DNA from: Candidatus Omnitrophota bacterium
GTDB taxonomy: Bacteria; Omnitrophota; Gorgyraeia; 2-02-FULL-51-18
Length of the DNA: 45,820 bases
Direction: 5' to 3'
Assembly: GCA_016206825.1 (NCBI GenBank)
Contig: JACQQY010000019.1
Location: forward strand, 1 to 45,820
A program made the translations under genes and the position numbers. Positions within the stretch are counted from its first letter, which is position 1, and each line of letters begins with the position of its first letter. Positions 28,878-38,336 of this stretch are shown here, one piece after another. A model generated the notes under the pieces. That model did not search any database. It was not told where the DNA came from and saw only the letters and a list, made by a program, of their open reading frames with translations.

Positions 28878-29909
28878 ATGAAGAAACTACGCGTCGGCGT
28901 CATTGGAGCAACGGGGTACACGGGCGAGGAGATCGTGCGTCTTTTGGCGAGGCATCCTCGTGTCGAAGTCACTTATGCCTCCGGAAAAGAGGAAAGAAAC
29001 CTCCGCCTGCAGGAGATATTCCCTTATCTTCAGGGACGAATCGATCTCGAATGCAGGGCCTTTTCCCCCGAAGAGGCGCTTAAGGAATGCGATTTCGTTT
29101 TCCTGTCTCTGCCCCATACCGTTTCGATGCGGGTGGCGCCGCTTTTTCTCAAGGCGGCGAAGCCGGTCGTGGATACGAGCGCCGATTACCGGTTGAAGGA
29201 CGTGAAAATTTACGAGAGGTTTTATAAAACGCCGCATGCGGACCCCGTTTATTTAAAGCGGGCCGTTTACGGATTGCCGGAGCTCCATCGCGCCAGGATC
29301 AAAAAGGCGAAACTCATCGCCAATCCCGGATGTTATCCGACGGCGGCGATTTTGGGAGTCCTGCCGGGTTTTTCGGACGGCCTTTTTCATCCGAAGGGAA
29401 TCGTGATCGACGCCAAGAGCGGAGTGACGGGCGCCGGCCGCAAGGCGGACAAGGCGCTTCTATTTTCCGAGGTGAACGAATCTTTCAAGGCCTATAAAGT
29501 TTTTGAGCATCAGCACGTGCCGGAGATGAACCAGGAGCTCACCCAATGGGCCAAAAAAGCCGTGGACGTGGTCTTTGTGCCGCACCTTTTGCCCCTTAAC
29601 CGCGGGATTTTGAGCACGATTTATGTTTCGCTGGCGGGAAGGATTTCTACGGCAAGTCTTGTGGAGCGCTATCGATCCTTTTATGCCCAAGAACCGTTTG
29701 TGCGGGTCCTGGAGAACGGGGCGCTTCCGGAGGTGAAGCACGCGGCTCATACGAATTTTTGCCACATCGGCCTCCGCGTCGATGAAACCAAGAAGCTTGC
29801 CGTGATCGTCACGGCCATCGATAATTTGGGAAAGGGAGCGGCCGGGCAGGCGATTCAAAATATGAATCTGATGCGCGGATTCGATGAGAGGGAAGGGCTT
29901 TATTCGTGA
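28878..29909 (+). CDS. argC: N-acetyl-gamma-glutamyl-phosphate reductase
   Basis: GATGYTGEE Rossmann start and active-site block IANPGCYPTA. Confidence 0.9.
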   Translation: MKKLRVGVIGATGYTGEEIVRLLARHPRVEVTYASGKEERNLRLQEIFPYLQGRIDLECRAFSPEEALKECDFVFLSLPHTVSMRVAPLFLKAAKPVVDTSADYRLKDVKIYERFYKTPHADPVYLKRAVYGLPELHRARIKKAKLIANPGCYPTAAILGVLPGFSDGLFHPKGIVIDAKSGVTGAGRKADKALLFSEVNESFKAYKVFEHQHVPEMNQELTQWAKKAVDVVFVPHLLPLNRGILSTIYVSLAGRISTASLVERYRSFYAQEPFVRVLENGALPEVKHAAHTNFCHIGLRVDETKKLAVIVTAIDNLGKGAAGQAIQNMNLMRGFDEREGLYS

Positions 29910-31129
29910 GGATGATCGAGGGGGGCGTCACGGCGCCCCTGGGTTTCAAGGCCAATGGAGCGGCCTGCGGGATCAAAAGGTCGAAGAAAAGGGATCTTTC
30001 GCTTATTGTTTCGGAAAGACGGTGCGACGCGGCGGGGGTTTTCACGACCAATAAGGTCCAGGCGCCCTGCGTCATCATCAACAAGGAGCGCCTGAAGGAT
30101 CAGAAGGCCCAGGCCATTATCGCGAATTCCGGCAATGCCAATTGCATGACGGGAAAAAGCGGTTTTAAAAATTCGGAGCTCATGGCCCGGACCGCCGCTC
30201 GTTCTTTGAAAATCAAAGCCGATGACGTTTTAACGGCTTCCACCGGAGTGATCGGAAAGCCCCTGCCGATCAAAAAAATCATGGCGGCGCTTCCGGCGCT
30301 GGTTAAGGGTTTAAGCCGGAAGGGCCACGAGCCCGCCGCCCACGGCATTTTGACGACGGACCGGGTGATCAAGGAAACGGCGGCTGAATTCCATGTCGCA
30401 GGAAAGAAGGTGCGTATCGGGGCCATGGCGAAAGGGGCGGGGATGATCCACCCTCAGATGGAACTGCCGCCGCTGAAGCACGCCACGATGCTTTGTTTTA
30501 TCACGACCGATGCGGTGATCGCTTCCACGGCGCTTCGCGACGCCCTGAAACAGGCGGTCGACAAAACGTTCAACCTGATGACCATCGACGGCGACATGTC
30601 AACCAATGACATGGCGCTCATTTTGGCCAGCGGTTTGGCCCAGAACAAAAGAATCGTCGAGAAAACAAAAGAATTTCGCGCCTTTTGCGGGGTTTTGGAA
30701 GCCCTTTGCCTCGCCTTGGCCAAGGAGATGGTGAAGGACGCGGAGGGCGCCACTAAATTCGTCGAAATTTTGGTACGAAGAGCCGAAACCCGCGAAGATG
30801 CGAGGCGCGTGGCCAGAACCGTGGCCGGCTCCAATCTGGTCAAGTGCGCCCTCTTTGGCTCCGATCCCAATTGGGGCAGAATCGCGGCCGCCGTGGGGTA
30901 TGCTCCGGCGCGCGTGGATCCCTGGAAGCTTCATTTGTATCTGGGGAAGGAGCTGGTGCTGAGAAACGGCGGGCGCGTCAAAAAAAAGGCGGTGATTTTG
31001 AATCGTATCTTTGCGCATAAAAATATCAAGATCACCGTGGATTTGGGGCTTGGCCGGTACGGCGCCACGGCCTATACGTGCGATTTGTCGACGAATTACG
31101 TGAGGATCAATTCGGCTTACAGGACTTAA
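29906..31129 (+). CDS. argJ: Bifunctional ornithine acetyltransferase / N-acetylglutamate synthase
   Basis: ArgJ family with the self-cleavage block KHATMLCFITTDA. GTG start overlapping the argC stop, with an alternative ATG at 29912. Confidence 0.9.
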   Translation: MRMIEGGVTAPLGFKANGAACGIKRSKKRDLSLIVSERRCDAAGVFTTNKVQAPCVIINKERLKDQKAQAIIANSGNANCMTGKSGFKNSELMARTAARSLKIKADDVLTASTGVIGKPLPIKKIMAALPALVKGLSRKGHEPAAHGILTTDRVIKETAAEFHVAGKKVRIGAMAKGAGMIHPQMELPPLKHATMLCFITTDAVIASTALRDALKQAVDKTFNLMTIDGDMSTNDMALILASGLAQNKRIVEKTKEFRAFCGVLEALCLALAKEMVKDAEGATKFVEILVRRAETREDARRVARTVAGSNLVKCALFGSDPNWGRIAAAVGYAPARVDPWKLHLYLGKELVLRNGGRVKKKAVILNRIFAHKNIKITVDLGLGRYGATAYTCDLSTNYVRINSAYRT

Positions 31130-31130
31130 A

Positions 31131-31232
31131 AGACCCTCCCCCTGATAAGGGGGAGCCGGAGGGGGTTTGGAGCAGGCTTTGTAGACAAACCCAAACCCCC
31201 TCTAACTCCCCCTTGACAGGGGGAGGAAGGTC
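31131..31232. repeat. Palindromic MITE-like element, family B, between argJ and argB
   Basis: Left arm CCCTCCCCCTGATAAGGGGGAGCCGGAGGGGGTTTGG (31134-31170). Right arm CCAAACCCCCTCTAACTCCCCCTTGACAGGGGGAGG (31191-31226). The arms are near-perfect reverse complements, and each also self-pairs. Confidence 0.8.
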
Positions 31233-31252
31233 TACGGGAAACAGAGGTGGTT

Positions 31253-32116
31253 ATGGATGAGATGATTCGAAAAGCGGATGTGTTGATCGAGGCTTTGCCT
31301 TACATCCAAAGTTTTTATGACAAGACGATCGTAATCAAGTATGGGGGAGCGGCTCTGACGGACCCGGTTATCCGGAGGGATGTGCTGGAAGACATCGTCT
31401 TCATGAGCTACGTGGGGATGCGGCCGGCGCTGGTTCACGGCGGAGGGCCTTTTATCACGAAGCGCCTGGAAGAGCTGGGGAAGGAAGTCAAGTTCGTGAA
31501 AGGCTTTCGCGTCACGGATGCCGAAACCATGGAGGTTGTCGAGGAGGAACTCGGCAAAATCAACCGCGAGATCGTGCGGGAGATTATGTCCTTGGGAGGG
31601 AGCGCCATTTCTTTGAGCGGGAATGAAGATCATTTGATCGAGGTCAAAAAGCATCCCGAAGTGGATGGGGTGGATGTCGGTTTTGTCGGCGAAATCAGCA
31701 AGATCAACGGCGACGTCATCCAGAAGATGCTGACGAGCGACATCATCCCGGTTATCTCCCCGATCGGCATCGGAAAAGACGGTTTTATCTACAACGTGAA
31801 CGCGGATCAAGCGGCGGCCGAAATCGCCCGTAACCTTCGCGCGCAGAAACTCGTTCTCCTGACGAACGTGAGGGGAATTTTGGCGGAGTTGGCGAAACCG
31901 GAATCTCTCCTTTCGCACGTCAGCGCTTCGGAAGTGGATTCTCTGATCGAATCCAAGGTCGTCAACGGCGGAATGATTCCGAAGGCGAAGGCGTGCTTGA
32001 GGGCGTTGGACCGCGGGGTCAAAAAGACGCACATCATCGACGGCAAGATTCCCCACGGGCTGTTGTTGGAGATTTTTACGGACAAAGGGATCGGGACGGA
32101 GATCGTGAAACGGTAA
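31253..32116 (+). CDS. argB: Acetylglutamate kinase
   Basis: Amino-acid kinase family (VIKYGGAAL, VHGGGP). ATG 31253 follows AGAGG. The ORF-track GTG at 31247 is also possible. Confidence 0.9.
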   Translation: MDEMIRKADVLIEALPYIQSFYDKTIVIKYGGAALTDPVIRRDVLEDIVFMSYVGMRPALVHGGGPFITKRLEELGKEVKFVKGFRVTDAETMEVVEEELGKINREIVREIMSLGGSAISLSGNEDHLIEVKKHPEVDGVDVGFVGEISKINGDVIQKMLTSDIIPVISPIGIGKDGFIYNVNADQAAAEIARNLRAQKLVLLTNVRGILAELAKPESLLSHVSASEVDSLIESKVVNGGMIPKAKACLRALDRGVKKTHIIDGKIPHGLLLEIFTDKGIGTEIVKR

Positions 32117-32130
32117 CTGACGAAGCCAAC

Positions 32131-33354
32131 ATGGATTACCGCAAAATCATCAGGCTTTACTACGACTACGTGATCCCCTGCTACAACAAGACGCCGCTGG
32201 TTCTTGAGCGGGGAAGGGGGACCCGCGTGTGGGACGTTCACGGCGAGGAGTACCTGGATTTTTTTCCGGGGTGGGCCGTGAGCGGGCTTGGCCATTGCCA
32301 CAAGCGCGTGACCGAAGCGATCAAGCGGCAGGTGGAACGGCTGATCCACGTGTCGAACAATTACTACCATGAGCTCCAGGGCCGCCTTGCCGAAGAGATT
32401 ATCCGGCATTCCTTTCCCGGCAAGGTGTTCTTCTGCAACTCCGGCGCCGAGGCGATCGAAGCGGCGATCAAACTCGCCAGAAAATTCGGAAATCCGGAGA
32501 GGCACGAAATCATCACCATGGAGCAATCCTTCCACGGGAGGACCCTTGCCGCGATCACGGCAACCGGCCAGAAAAAATACCAGCAGGGCTTCGAGCCTTT
32601 GCCCGCCGGGTTTGTCACGGTTCCTTTTAACGATTTCCAGGCTTTGGAAGCGGCCGTGACGCCGAAGACGGCGGCTGTTTTCCTTGAGTTGATCCAGGGG
32701 GAAGGGGGCATCCGGGTGGCGGATCATGACACCGTTTTGCGGGTGAAGAGACTCTGCCAGGATAAAAAAATCCTCCTTCTCTTTGATGAAGTCCAAACGG
32801 GCATGGGACGGACCGGACGGATGTTTTGCTATAAGAATTTCGGGATCGAGCCCGACATGATGACGCTTGCCAAATCCTTGGGAGGCGGTTTTCCCATCGG
32901 GGCGCTTGTCGCCAAGAAGGACATCGCCGACGTGCTTGAGCCGGGGACGCACGCGACGACCTTTGGGGGCAGTCCTCTCGCCTGCGCGGCCGCTTTGGCC
33001 GTGTTTGAAGCGATCGAAAAGGAAAAGCTCGTGAGCAACGCGGTGATCGCGGGTTCTTTTTTATTCAAAAAATTAAACGAGCTGAAAAAACGGCACGCCA
33101 TCATCAAAGAAGTCCGGGGGATGGGGTTGATGGCGGGCGTGGAGCTCAAAACCGAAGGCAAGCCGGTTTATGAGGAATGTTTGAAGCGCAAGCTTTTGAT
33201 CAATTGCACCCAGGGCAATGTCTTGAGGCTCATGCCGCCTCTTATCGTGAAGGAAAAAGAGATTGAACGGGCCGTGGAGATACTGGACGAAGTCTTGACC
33301 ATCGAAGGGGAAAAACTTTTATCCTCACTCATAAAGAAGGGAGCTGTCGAATGA
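32131..33354 (+). CDS. argD: Acetylornithine aminotransferase
   Basis: Class III aminotransferase blocks (NSGAEAIEAAIKLAR, DEVQTGMGRTG). ATG 32131 is chosen because the ORF-track start at 31993 would overlap argB by 124 nt. Confidence 0.9.
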   Translation: MDYRKIIRLYYDYVIPCYNKTPLVLERGRGTRVWDVHGEEYLDFFPGWAVSGLGHCHKRVTEAIKRQVERLIHVSNNYYHELQGRLAEEIIRHSFPGKVFFCNSGAEAIEAAIKLARKFGNPERHEIITMEQSFHGRTLAAITATGQKKYQQGFEPLPAGFVTVPFNDFQALEAAVTPKTAAVFLELIQGEGGIRVADHDTVLRVKRLCQDKKILLLFDEVQTGMGRTGRMFCYKNFGIEPDMMTLAKSLGGGFPIGALVAKKDIADVLEPGTHATTFGGSPLACAAALAVFEAIEKEKLVSNAVIAGSFLFKKLNELKKRHAIIKEVRGMGLMAGVELKTEGKPVYEECLKRKLLINCTQGNVLRLMPPLIVKEKEIERAVEILDEVLTIEGEKLLSSLIKKGAVE

Positions 33355-34394
33355 AAAAGGCCAAACCGCGCGTGAAATCCAAAAAAACGAAACCCTCCTC
33401 CAAGAAATCCAAAAGGCAAAAGCCGCCGGCTCTCTTTCCGGAAAAGGATCTGTTGAGTCTGAAAGAGGCGTCGCGGGGGGATTTGGAGACCCTCTTTAAG
33501 TTGACGGATCGAATGAAAAAGGCGCCGGGGGATTTCCTGGGAAAGCTGAAAGGGAAATCCATCACGCTTCTTTTCCAAAAACCGTCCATTCGGACGAGGG
33601 TTTCCTTTCAGGTCGGCGCGAGCGAGCTGGGGAGCTCTTCGGTTTACATGGGGCCGGAGGAACTGCCGCTCGGCCAGCGGGAATCGATCAAGGACGTGGC
33701 AAGAGTCTTGTCCCGCTATACGGATGCCGTCGTGACCAGGACCTACCTGCATTCCGATGCGGTGGAACTGGCGAGGTACGCGGGCATTCCCGTGGTGAAC
33801 GGTCTTTCGGATCTTTTTCATCCTTGTCAGACTCTGGCGGATCTTTATACGATCCGTGAAAAATTCGGGGAGCTCGGCAAGGTTCACATCGCTTACGTGG
33901 GGGATTCGAACAACGTCCTCAACTCTCTTTTATACGGCGTCAGTAAAATGGGGGGGCATCTTTCCATCGCGGCTCCGCGCGGCTATGAACCGAACGAGGA
34001 AATTTTAAAGGACATCAAACTCATCGCGAAGGAAAGCGGGTCCAAAATCACTTTGTCGAACAATCCCTTCACGGCCGTCAAAAATGCGCAGGTGATTTAC
34101 ACGGACGTGTGGGTGAGCATGGGCCAGGAAAAGCAAAAGGAGCAGAGACTGCGGGATTTTCAGCCTTTTCAAATCAACGGCGCCATTGTCGGAAAAGCGC
34201 CGCGGGAGGCGCTCATCATGCATTGTTTGCCGGCTCATCGCGGGGAGGAGATCACCGATGAGGTGATCGAAAGCCCGCGCTCGATTATTTTTGATCAGGC
34301 GGAAAACCGGCTTCACACGCAAAAGGCGCTTTTGGTTCTCCTGCTGACGCGGAAGAGCTTCCGGCAGGCGGAGGCAGTCACGCAAAATCCATAG
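33351..34394 (+). CDS. argF: Ornithine carbamoyltransferase, with a Lys-rich N-terminal extension
   Basis: KPSIRTRVSF, HPCQTLAD and HCLPAHRGEE motifs. ATGA overlap with argD. Confidence 0.9.
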   Translation: MKKAKPRVKSKKTKPSSKKSKRQKPPALFPEKDLLSLKEASRGDLETLFKLTDRMKKAPGDFLGKLKGKSITLLFQKPSIRTRVSFQVGASELGSSSVYMGPEELPLGQRESIKDVARVLSRYTDAVVTRTYLHSDAVELARYAGIPVVNGLSDLFHPCQTLADLYTIREKFGELGKVHIAYVGDSNNVLNSLLYGVSKMGGHLSIAAPRGYEPNEEILKDIKLIAKESGSKITLSNNPFTAVKNAQVIYTDVWVSMGQEKQKEQRLRDFQPFQINGAIVGKAPREALIMHCLPAHRGEEITDEVIESPRSIIFDQAENRLHTQKALLVLLLTRKSFRQAEAVTQNP

Positions 34395-34407
34395 AGGGAG
34401 AGACCTG

Positions 34408-35583
34408 ATGAAAAAAGTCGTTTTGGCCTATTCCGGAGGGCTCGATACCTCTGTCGCCATCCGATGGCTTAAAACAAAAGGTTATGAAGTGATCGCGTTT
34501 ATGGCGGATATCGGCCAGGAAAAAACGACGGATGCCGCCATCCGGCGGGCCAGGACGGCCGGGGCTTCCAAGGTGGTGGTGAGGGATTTGAAAAAGAAGT
34601 TTATTGCGGAGTATCTCTGGCCCGCTCTCAAGGCGGACGCCGTTTATGAAGGCCGTTACACGCTGGCGACGGCCCTTTCGAGGCCCCTCATCGCCGCCGA
34701 GCAGGTGGCGGTGGCTCACGAGGAAAAGGCGGCGGCGGTCGCTCATGGGTGCACGGGAAAGGGAAACGACCAGGTGCGGTTTGAGGTGACCGTTCAGGCG
34801 CTGGACGGGCGGCTGGAAATCCTCGCGCCCGTGCGCGAGTGGGAATTTAAATCCAGAGAGGAAGAGGTTCTCTACGCCCAAAGGCATGGGATTCCCATCG
34901 ATGTTTCCAAGAAGAACCCCTTTTCCATCGATAAAAATATCTGGGGAGTGAGCGTCGAAGCGGGGATTCTTGAGAATCCGAATGCGGAGCCTCCGGAAGA
35001 AGCCTTTCAGTGGACTCGGGGGGCCGGGAAGCGGAACGTGAAGGAACGTTTGATCGAAGTGGAGTTTCTGAAGGGGATCCCTATCGGCCTAAACGGGAGG
35101 AGGAAGGAAGCGCTTTCGTTGATCGAAGAGCTCAACCAAATCGGCGCCCTCTACGGAATCGGACGGACGGATATGATGGAAAACCGCCTCGTCGGCATCA
35201 AGTCGCGCGAGACTTATGAGGCCCCTGCCGCCACGCTTCTTCTGCAGGCCCACAAGGATCTTGAGAGTTTGGTGCTGGATCGGGAACTTCTGCATTATAA
35301 GGAAAGCGTTTCTCAAAAGGTCGCCGAAATCATCTACTACGGCCTTTGGTTTACTCCTTTAAGGAAAGCGCTCGACGCTTTTGTGAACGCGACGCAGGGG
35401 AAGGTGACGGGCAGGGTGCGCTTGAAGCTTAGAAAGTATTCCGCTCAAGTCGTGGGAAGAAATTCTCCTTATTCCTTATACCGGGAGAGTCTTGCCACGT
35501 ATGGGGCGAAAGACGCGTTCGACCAGCGCCTGGCAAAGGGATTCATCGATCTGTGGGCCCTGCCTTATAAAAGCAATCGGTAG
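34408..35583 (+). CDS. argG: Argininosuccinate synthase
   Basis: AYSGGLDTS ATP-pyrophosphatase motif. SD GGGAGAG upstream. Confidence 0.9.
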   Translation: MKKVVLAYSGGLDTSVAIRWLKTKGYEVIAFMADIGQEKTTDAAIRRARTAGASKVVVRDLKKKFIAEYLWPALKADAVYEGRYTLATALSRPLIAAEQVAVAHEEKAAAVAHGCTGKGNDQVRFEVTVQALDGRLEILAPVREWEFKSREEEVLYAQRHGIPIDVSKKNPFSIDKNIWGVSVEAGILENPNAEPPEEAFQWTRGAGKRNVKERLIEVEFLKGIPIGLNGRRKEALSLIEELNQIGALYGIGRTDMMENRLVGIKSRETYEAPAATLLLQAHKDLESLVLDRELLHYKESVSQKVAEIIYYGLWFTPLRKALDAFVNATQGKVTGRVRLKLRKYSAQVVGRNSPYSLYRESLATYGAKDAFDQRLAKGFIDLWALPYKSNR

Positions 35584-35638
35584 GGGCAGACCTGTGTGTC
35601 TGCCCTGACCTAGGTTGGGCGAACACATAGGTTCGCCC
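35584..35638. repeat. Two tandem REP-like hairpins between argG and argH
   Basis: GGGCAGAC-ctgtgt-GTCTGCCC (35584-35605) and GGGCGAAC-acatag-GTTCGCCC (35617-35638). Each has an 8-bp stem and a 6-nt loop. Confidence 0.75.
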
Positions 35639-35650
35639 CTATGGGAACAA

Positions 35651-37081
35651 ATGGCCATGGGTAAATCGTTGAGAAAAGCTCTAAAAACAAACCCCAAACT
35701 CTGGGGGGGGCGGTTTCGGAAGAAAACGGATCCGCAGTTCGAACGATTCAGCTCGTCGCTCAAATGGGACGCGAGGCTCCTTCCGTATGATTTGAAAATC
35801 GATGCGGCGCATGTGCGGGCGCTTGGGCGGTGCGGGGTTTTGTCAGGAAAGGAAACAAAGAAGCTTCTGGCCGCGATCGACGCATTGGAGAGAAGGCGCC
35901 AAAGCGGTTCTTTAAAGCTGGACGGACGCGCTGAGGACGTCCATTCGGCGATTCAAATGGAACTGGAAAAGCTTGTCGGGGAGCTTGCCTATAAAATTCA
36001 TACGGGAAGATCCCGCAATGACTTGGTGAGCCAAAGCGCCCGGCTTTATTGCAAGGAGCACGCCCGCACCCTTTTTTCTTTGTTGGTTCAAGTTCAAAAA
36101 GAAATCGCCGCGAAGGCGCGGGGCTGTGTCCGAGTTTTCGTGCCAGGCATGACTCATTTACAAAACGCCCAAGTTGTTTCGCAGGCCCACATTTTCCTGG
36201 CTTATGTCGAAATGCTGGAACGGGTGAAGGCGCGGATTCAAGGCGCGATGCCTTTTTTCGACGTTTGTGTCCTTGGAAGCGGAGCGCTTGCAGGAGCGGC
36301 TTTTCCTTTGAACCAGAAGCGGATGGCGAAGGAGCTCGGCCTTTCCGCCATTGCCGGCAACAGCTACGACGCTGCCGGCGACAGGGATTTTGTGTTGAAT
36401 TTTCTCTCCTGTCTTTTGTTTTTGGGGATCCAGCTTTCAAGGATTGCCGAAGATTGGATGTTGAGACAGTTGAACGGAGTGTCGCTGATCGAGGTCGATC
36501 AGGCGTTCTGCACGGGAAGCTCGATGATGCCCCAGAAGCGAAACGCCGATTTTGTCGAGCTTTTGAGGGGGGCCGCCGGGATCTTTGCCGGGAATTTTTT
36601 TGGACTTGTCACGACGCTTAAAGGCCTTCCCACGTCGTACAACCGGGATCTGCAATGGGATAAAAAGTATCTTTTCGATTCCGTGGAGGTTGGCGAGGAG
36701 ATCTTGCGAATGACCGCGCGTGTCGTCCGAACGTTGAAAATCAACAAGGCGAGGGCGAGGATGCTCTTGGCGGATGAGAGCCTCTATGCCACTGATTTGG
36801 CGGACTATTTGGCGAAAAAAGGAGAGCCCTTTAAAAAAGCGCATGACCAAGTCGGCGAAATAGTCCGCTTTGCCGAAGAAAACGGAAAGCCGATCTCCAA
36901 AATCGGATTGGATATTTTGCGAACGTTCGCCCCCAAAATCGACGGGGACGTCTACGGCCTCTTTGATCCGGAGCATTCGGTCAGGATGAAAAAAACGCAG
37001 GGAAGCACCCATCCCCATGAGGTGGAACGCCAAATCAAGCGGTGGGAGAGGAACTTGAACCATGCATCGATTTCATTATAA
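35651..37081 (+). CDS. argH: Argininosuccinate lyase
   Basis: KLWGGRF N-terminus and fumarate-lyase signature GSSMMPQKRN. The start is set at ATG 35651 (or 35657) because the ORF-track TTG at 35615 lies inside the REP hairpin. Confidence 0.9.
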   Translation: MAMGKSLRKALKTNPKLWGGRFRKKTDPQFERFSSSLKWDARLLPYDLKIDAAHVRALGRCGVLSGKETKKLLAAIDALERRRQSGSLKLDGRAEDVHSAIQMELEKLVGELAYKIHTGRSRNDLVSQSARLYCKEHARTLFSLLVQVQKEIAAKARGCVRVFVPGMTHLQNAQVVSQAHIFLAYVEMLERVKARIQGAMPFFDVCVLGSGALAGAAFPLNQKRMAKELGLSAIAGNSYDAAGDRDFVLNFLSCLLFLGIQLSRIAEDWMLRQLNGVSLIEVDQAFCTGSSMMPQKRNADFVELLRGAAGIFAGNFFGLVTTLKGLPTSYNRDLQWDKKYLFDSVEVGEEILRMTARVVRTLKINKARARMLLADESLYATDLADYLAKKGEPFKKAHDQVGEIVRFAEENGKPISKIGLDILRTFAPKIDGDVYGLFDPEHSVRMKKTQGSTHPHEVERQIKRWERNLNHASISL

Positions 37082-38336
37082 AGGCAGAGAACTGTATTGC
37101 GAAGAAACGCCCCTGTCCAAGATCGCCCAAGAAGCGGGCACGCCTTTTTACCTCTACAGCATCCGGACGTTTCTCGACCATTTTTTTAAACTGAAGGAGG
37201 CTTTCGCCCCGGCAAGGCCTCTGATTTGTTTTTCGGTGAAGGCCAATTCCAATTTGACGATTCTCAAGACCCTTGTCAAAAAAGGGGCGGGGCTCGATAT
37301 CGTGTCAGGCGGCGAGCTTTTCCGCGCGAAGAAGGCGGGCGCCGACCCCCAAAAAATCGTTTTTGCCTCCGTGGGAAAGCGGGAGGATGAAATTGAAACG
37401 GCCATTCGTTCGAAGATTTTGATGTTCAACGTGGAATCGGTGGATGAGCTCGACGTGATCAATGCCGTGGCCTGCAAGTTAAAGACGACTCAAAAGATCG
37501 CCATCCGCCTGAATCCCGACGTGACGCCGGGGACCCATCATTACATCACCACGGGCGCCCGTGAGAATAAATTCGGGCTTGACGCGGAGACGGCCTACAA
37601 GCTTTTTGCCGAGTCCTACCGGTATCCCTTCCTGCGTTTCTCGGGCGTCCATATTCATATCGGGTCGCAGATCACTCAGGCCCGGCCTTTTGTCCTGGCG
37701 ATTCGCAGGGCGCTTGCGTTCATCGACAGCGTCCGCTCGGTTGGAAGCCCCGTGGAATACTTGAACATCGGGGGAGGCCTTGGGATTATTTATTCGAAAG
37801 AGAAGCCTCAGACCGCTCAACGGTTTGCGGAGGCGGTGCTTCCGCTTTTTAAGGCGTATGATCTGGAGCGGGATCTCAAGATCATTTTGGAGCCCGGGAG
37901 GTTTATTTCAGGCAACAGCGGGATATTGGTGACCAAGGTGCTTTATGAAAAGCGCACGAAGCAGAAGTCCTTTGTGGTCGTGGATGCGGGGATGAACGAT
38001 CTGATCCGCCCGGCCTTTTACGGCGCTTACCATGAGATTTTGCCTGTGATCAGAAGGAGGAGCGCGTCTTTGCGCGTTGCGGACGTGGTGGGGCCGGTCT
38101 GTGAGAGCGGAGATTTTTTGGCCAAAGACAGGAAACTTCCGCCGTTTGAAAAGGGGGATCTCCTTGCCGTTATGTCCTGCGGAGCTTATGGCTTCGTCAT
38201 GTCGAGCAACTATAACTCGCGTCCGCGGGTGCCGGAGGTCGTCGTCAAGGGCAGGCGCTTTTTTGTGGCAAGAAAGAGGGAGACTTTCGGGGATTTGATT
38301 CGAAATGAAAAGATCGTCAAAGAGGTTCTCTCATGA
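37062..38336 (+). CDS. lysA: Diaminopimelate decarboxylase
   Basis: CFSVKANSN PLP-lysine block and GPVCESGDFL. Overlaps the argH 3' end by 20 nt. Confidence 0.9.
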   Translation: MHRFHYKGRELYCEETPLSKIAQEAGTPFYLYSIRTFLDHFFKLKEAFAPARPLICFSVKANSNLTILKTLVKKGAGLDIVSGGELFRAKKAGADPQKIVFASVGKREDEIETAIRSKILMFNVESVDELDVINAVACKLKTTQKIAIRLNPDVTPGTHHYITTGARENKFGLDAETAYKLFAESYRYPFLRFSGVHIHIGSQITQARPFVLAIRRALAFIDSVRSVGSPVEYLNIGGGLGIIYSKEKPQTAQRFAEAVLPLFKAYDLERDLKIILEPGRFISGNSGILVTKVLYEKRTKQKSFVVVDAGMNDLIRPAFYGAYHEILPVIRRRSASLRVADVVGPVCESGDFLAKDRKLPPFEKGDLLAVMSCGAYGFVMSSNYNSRPRVPEVVVKGRRFFVARKRETFGDLIRNEKIVKEVLS

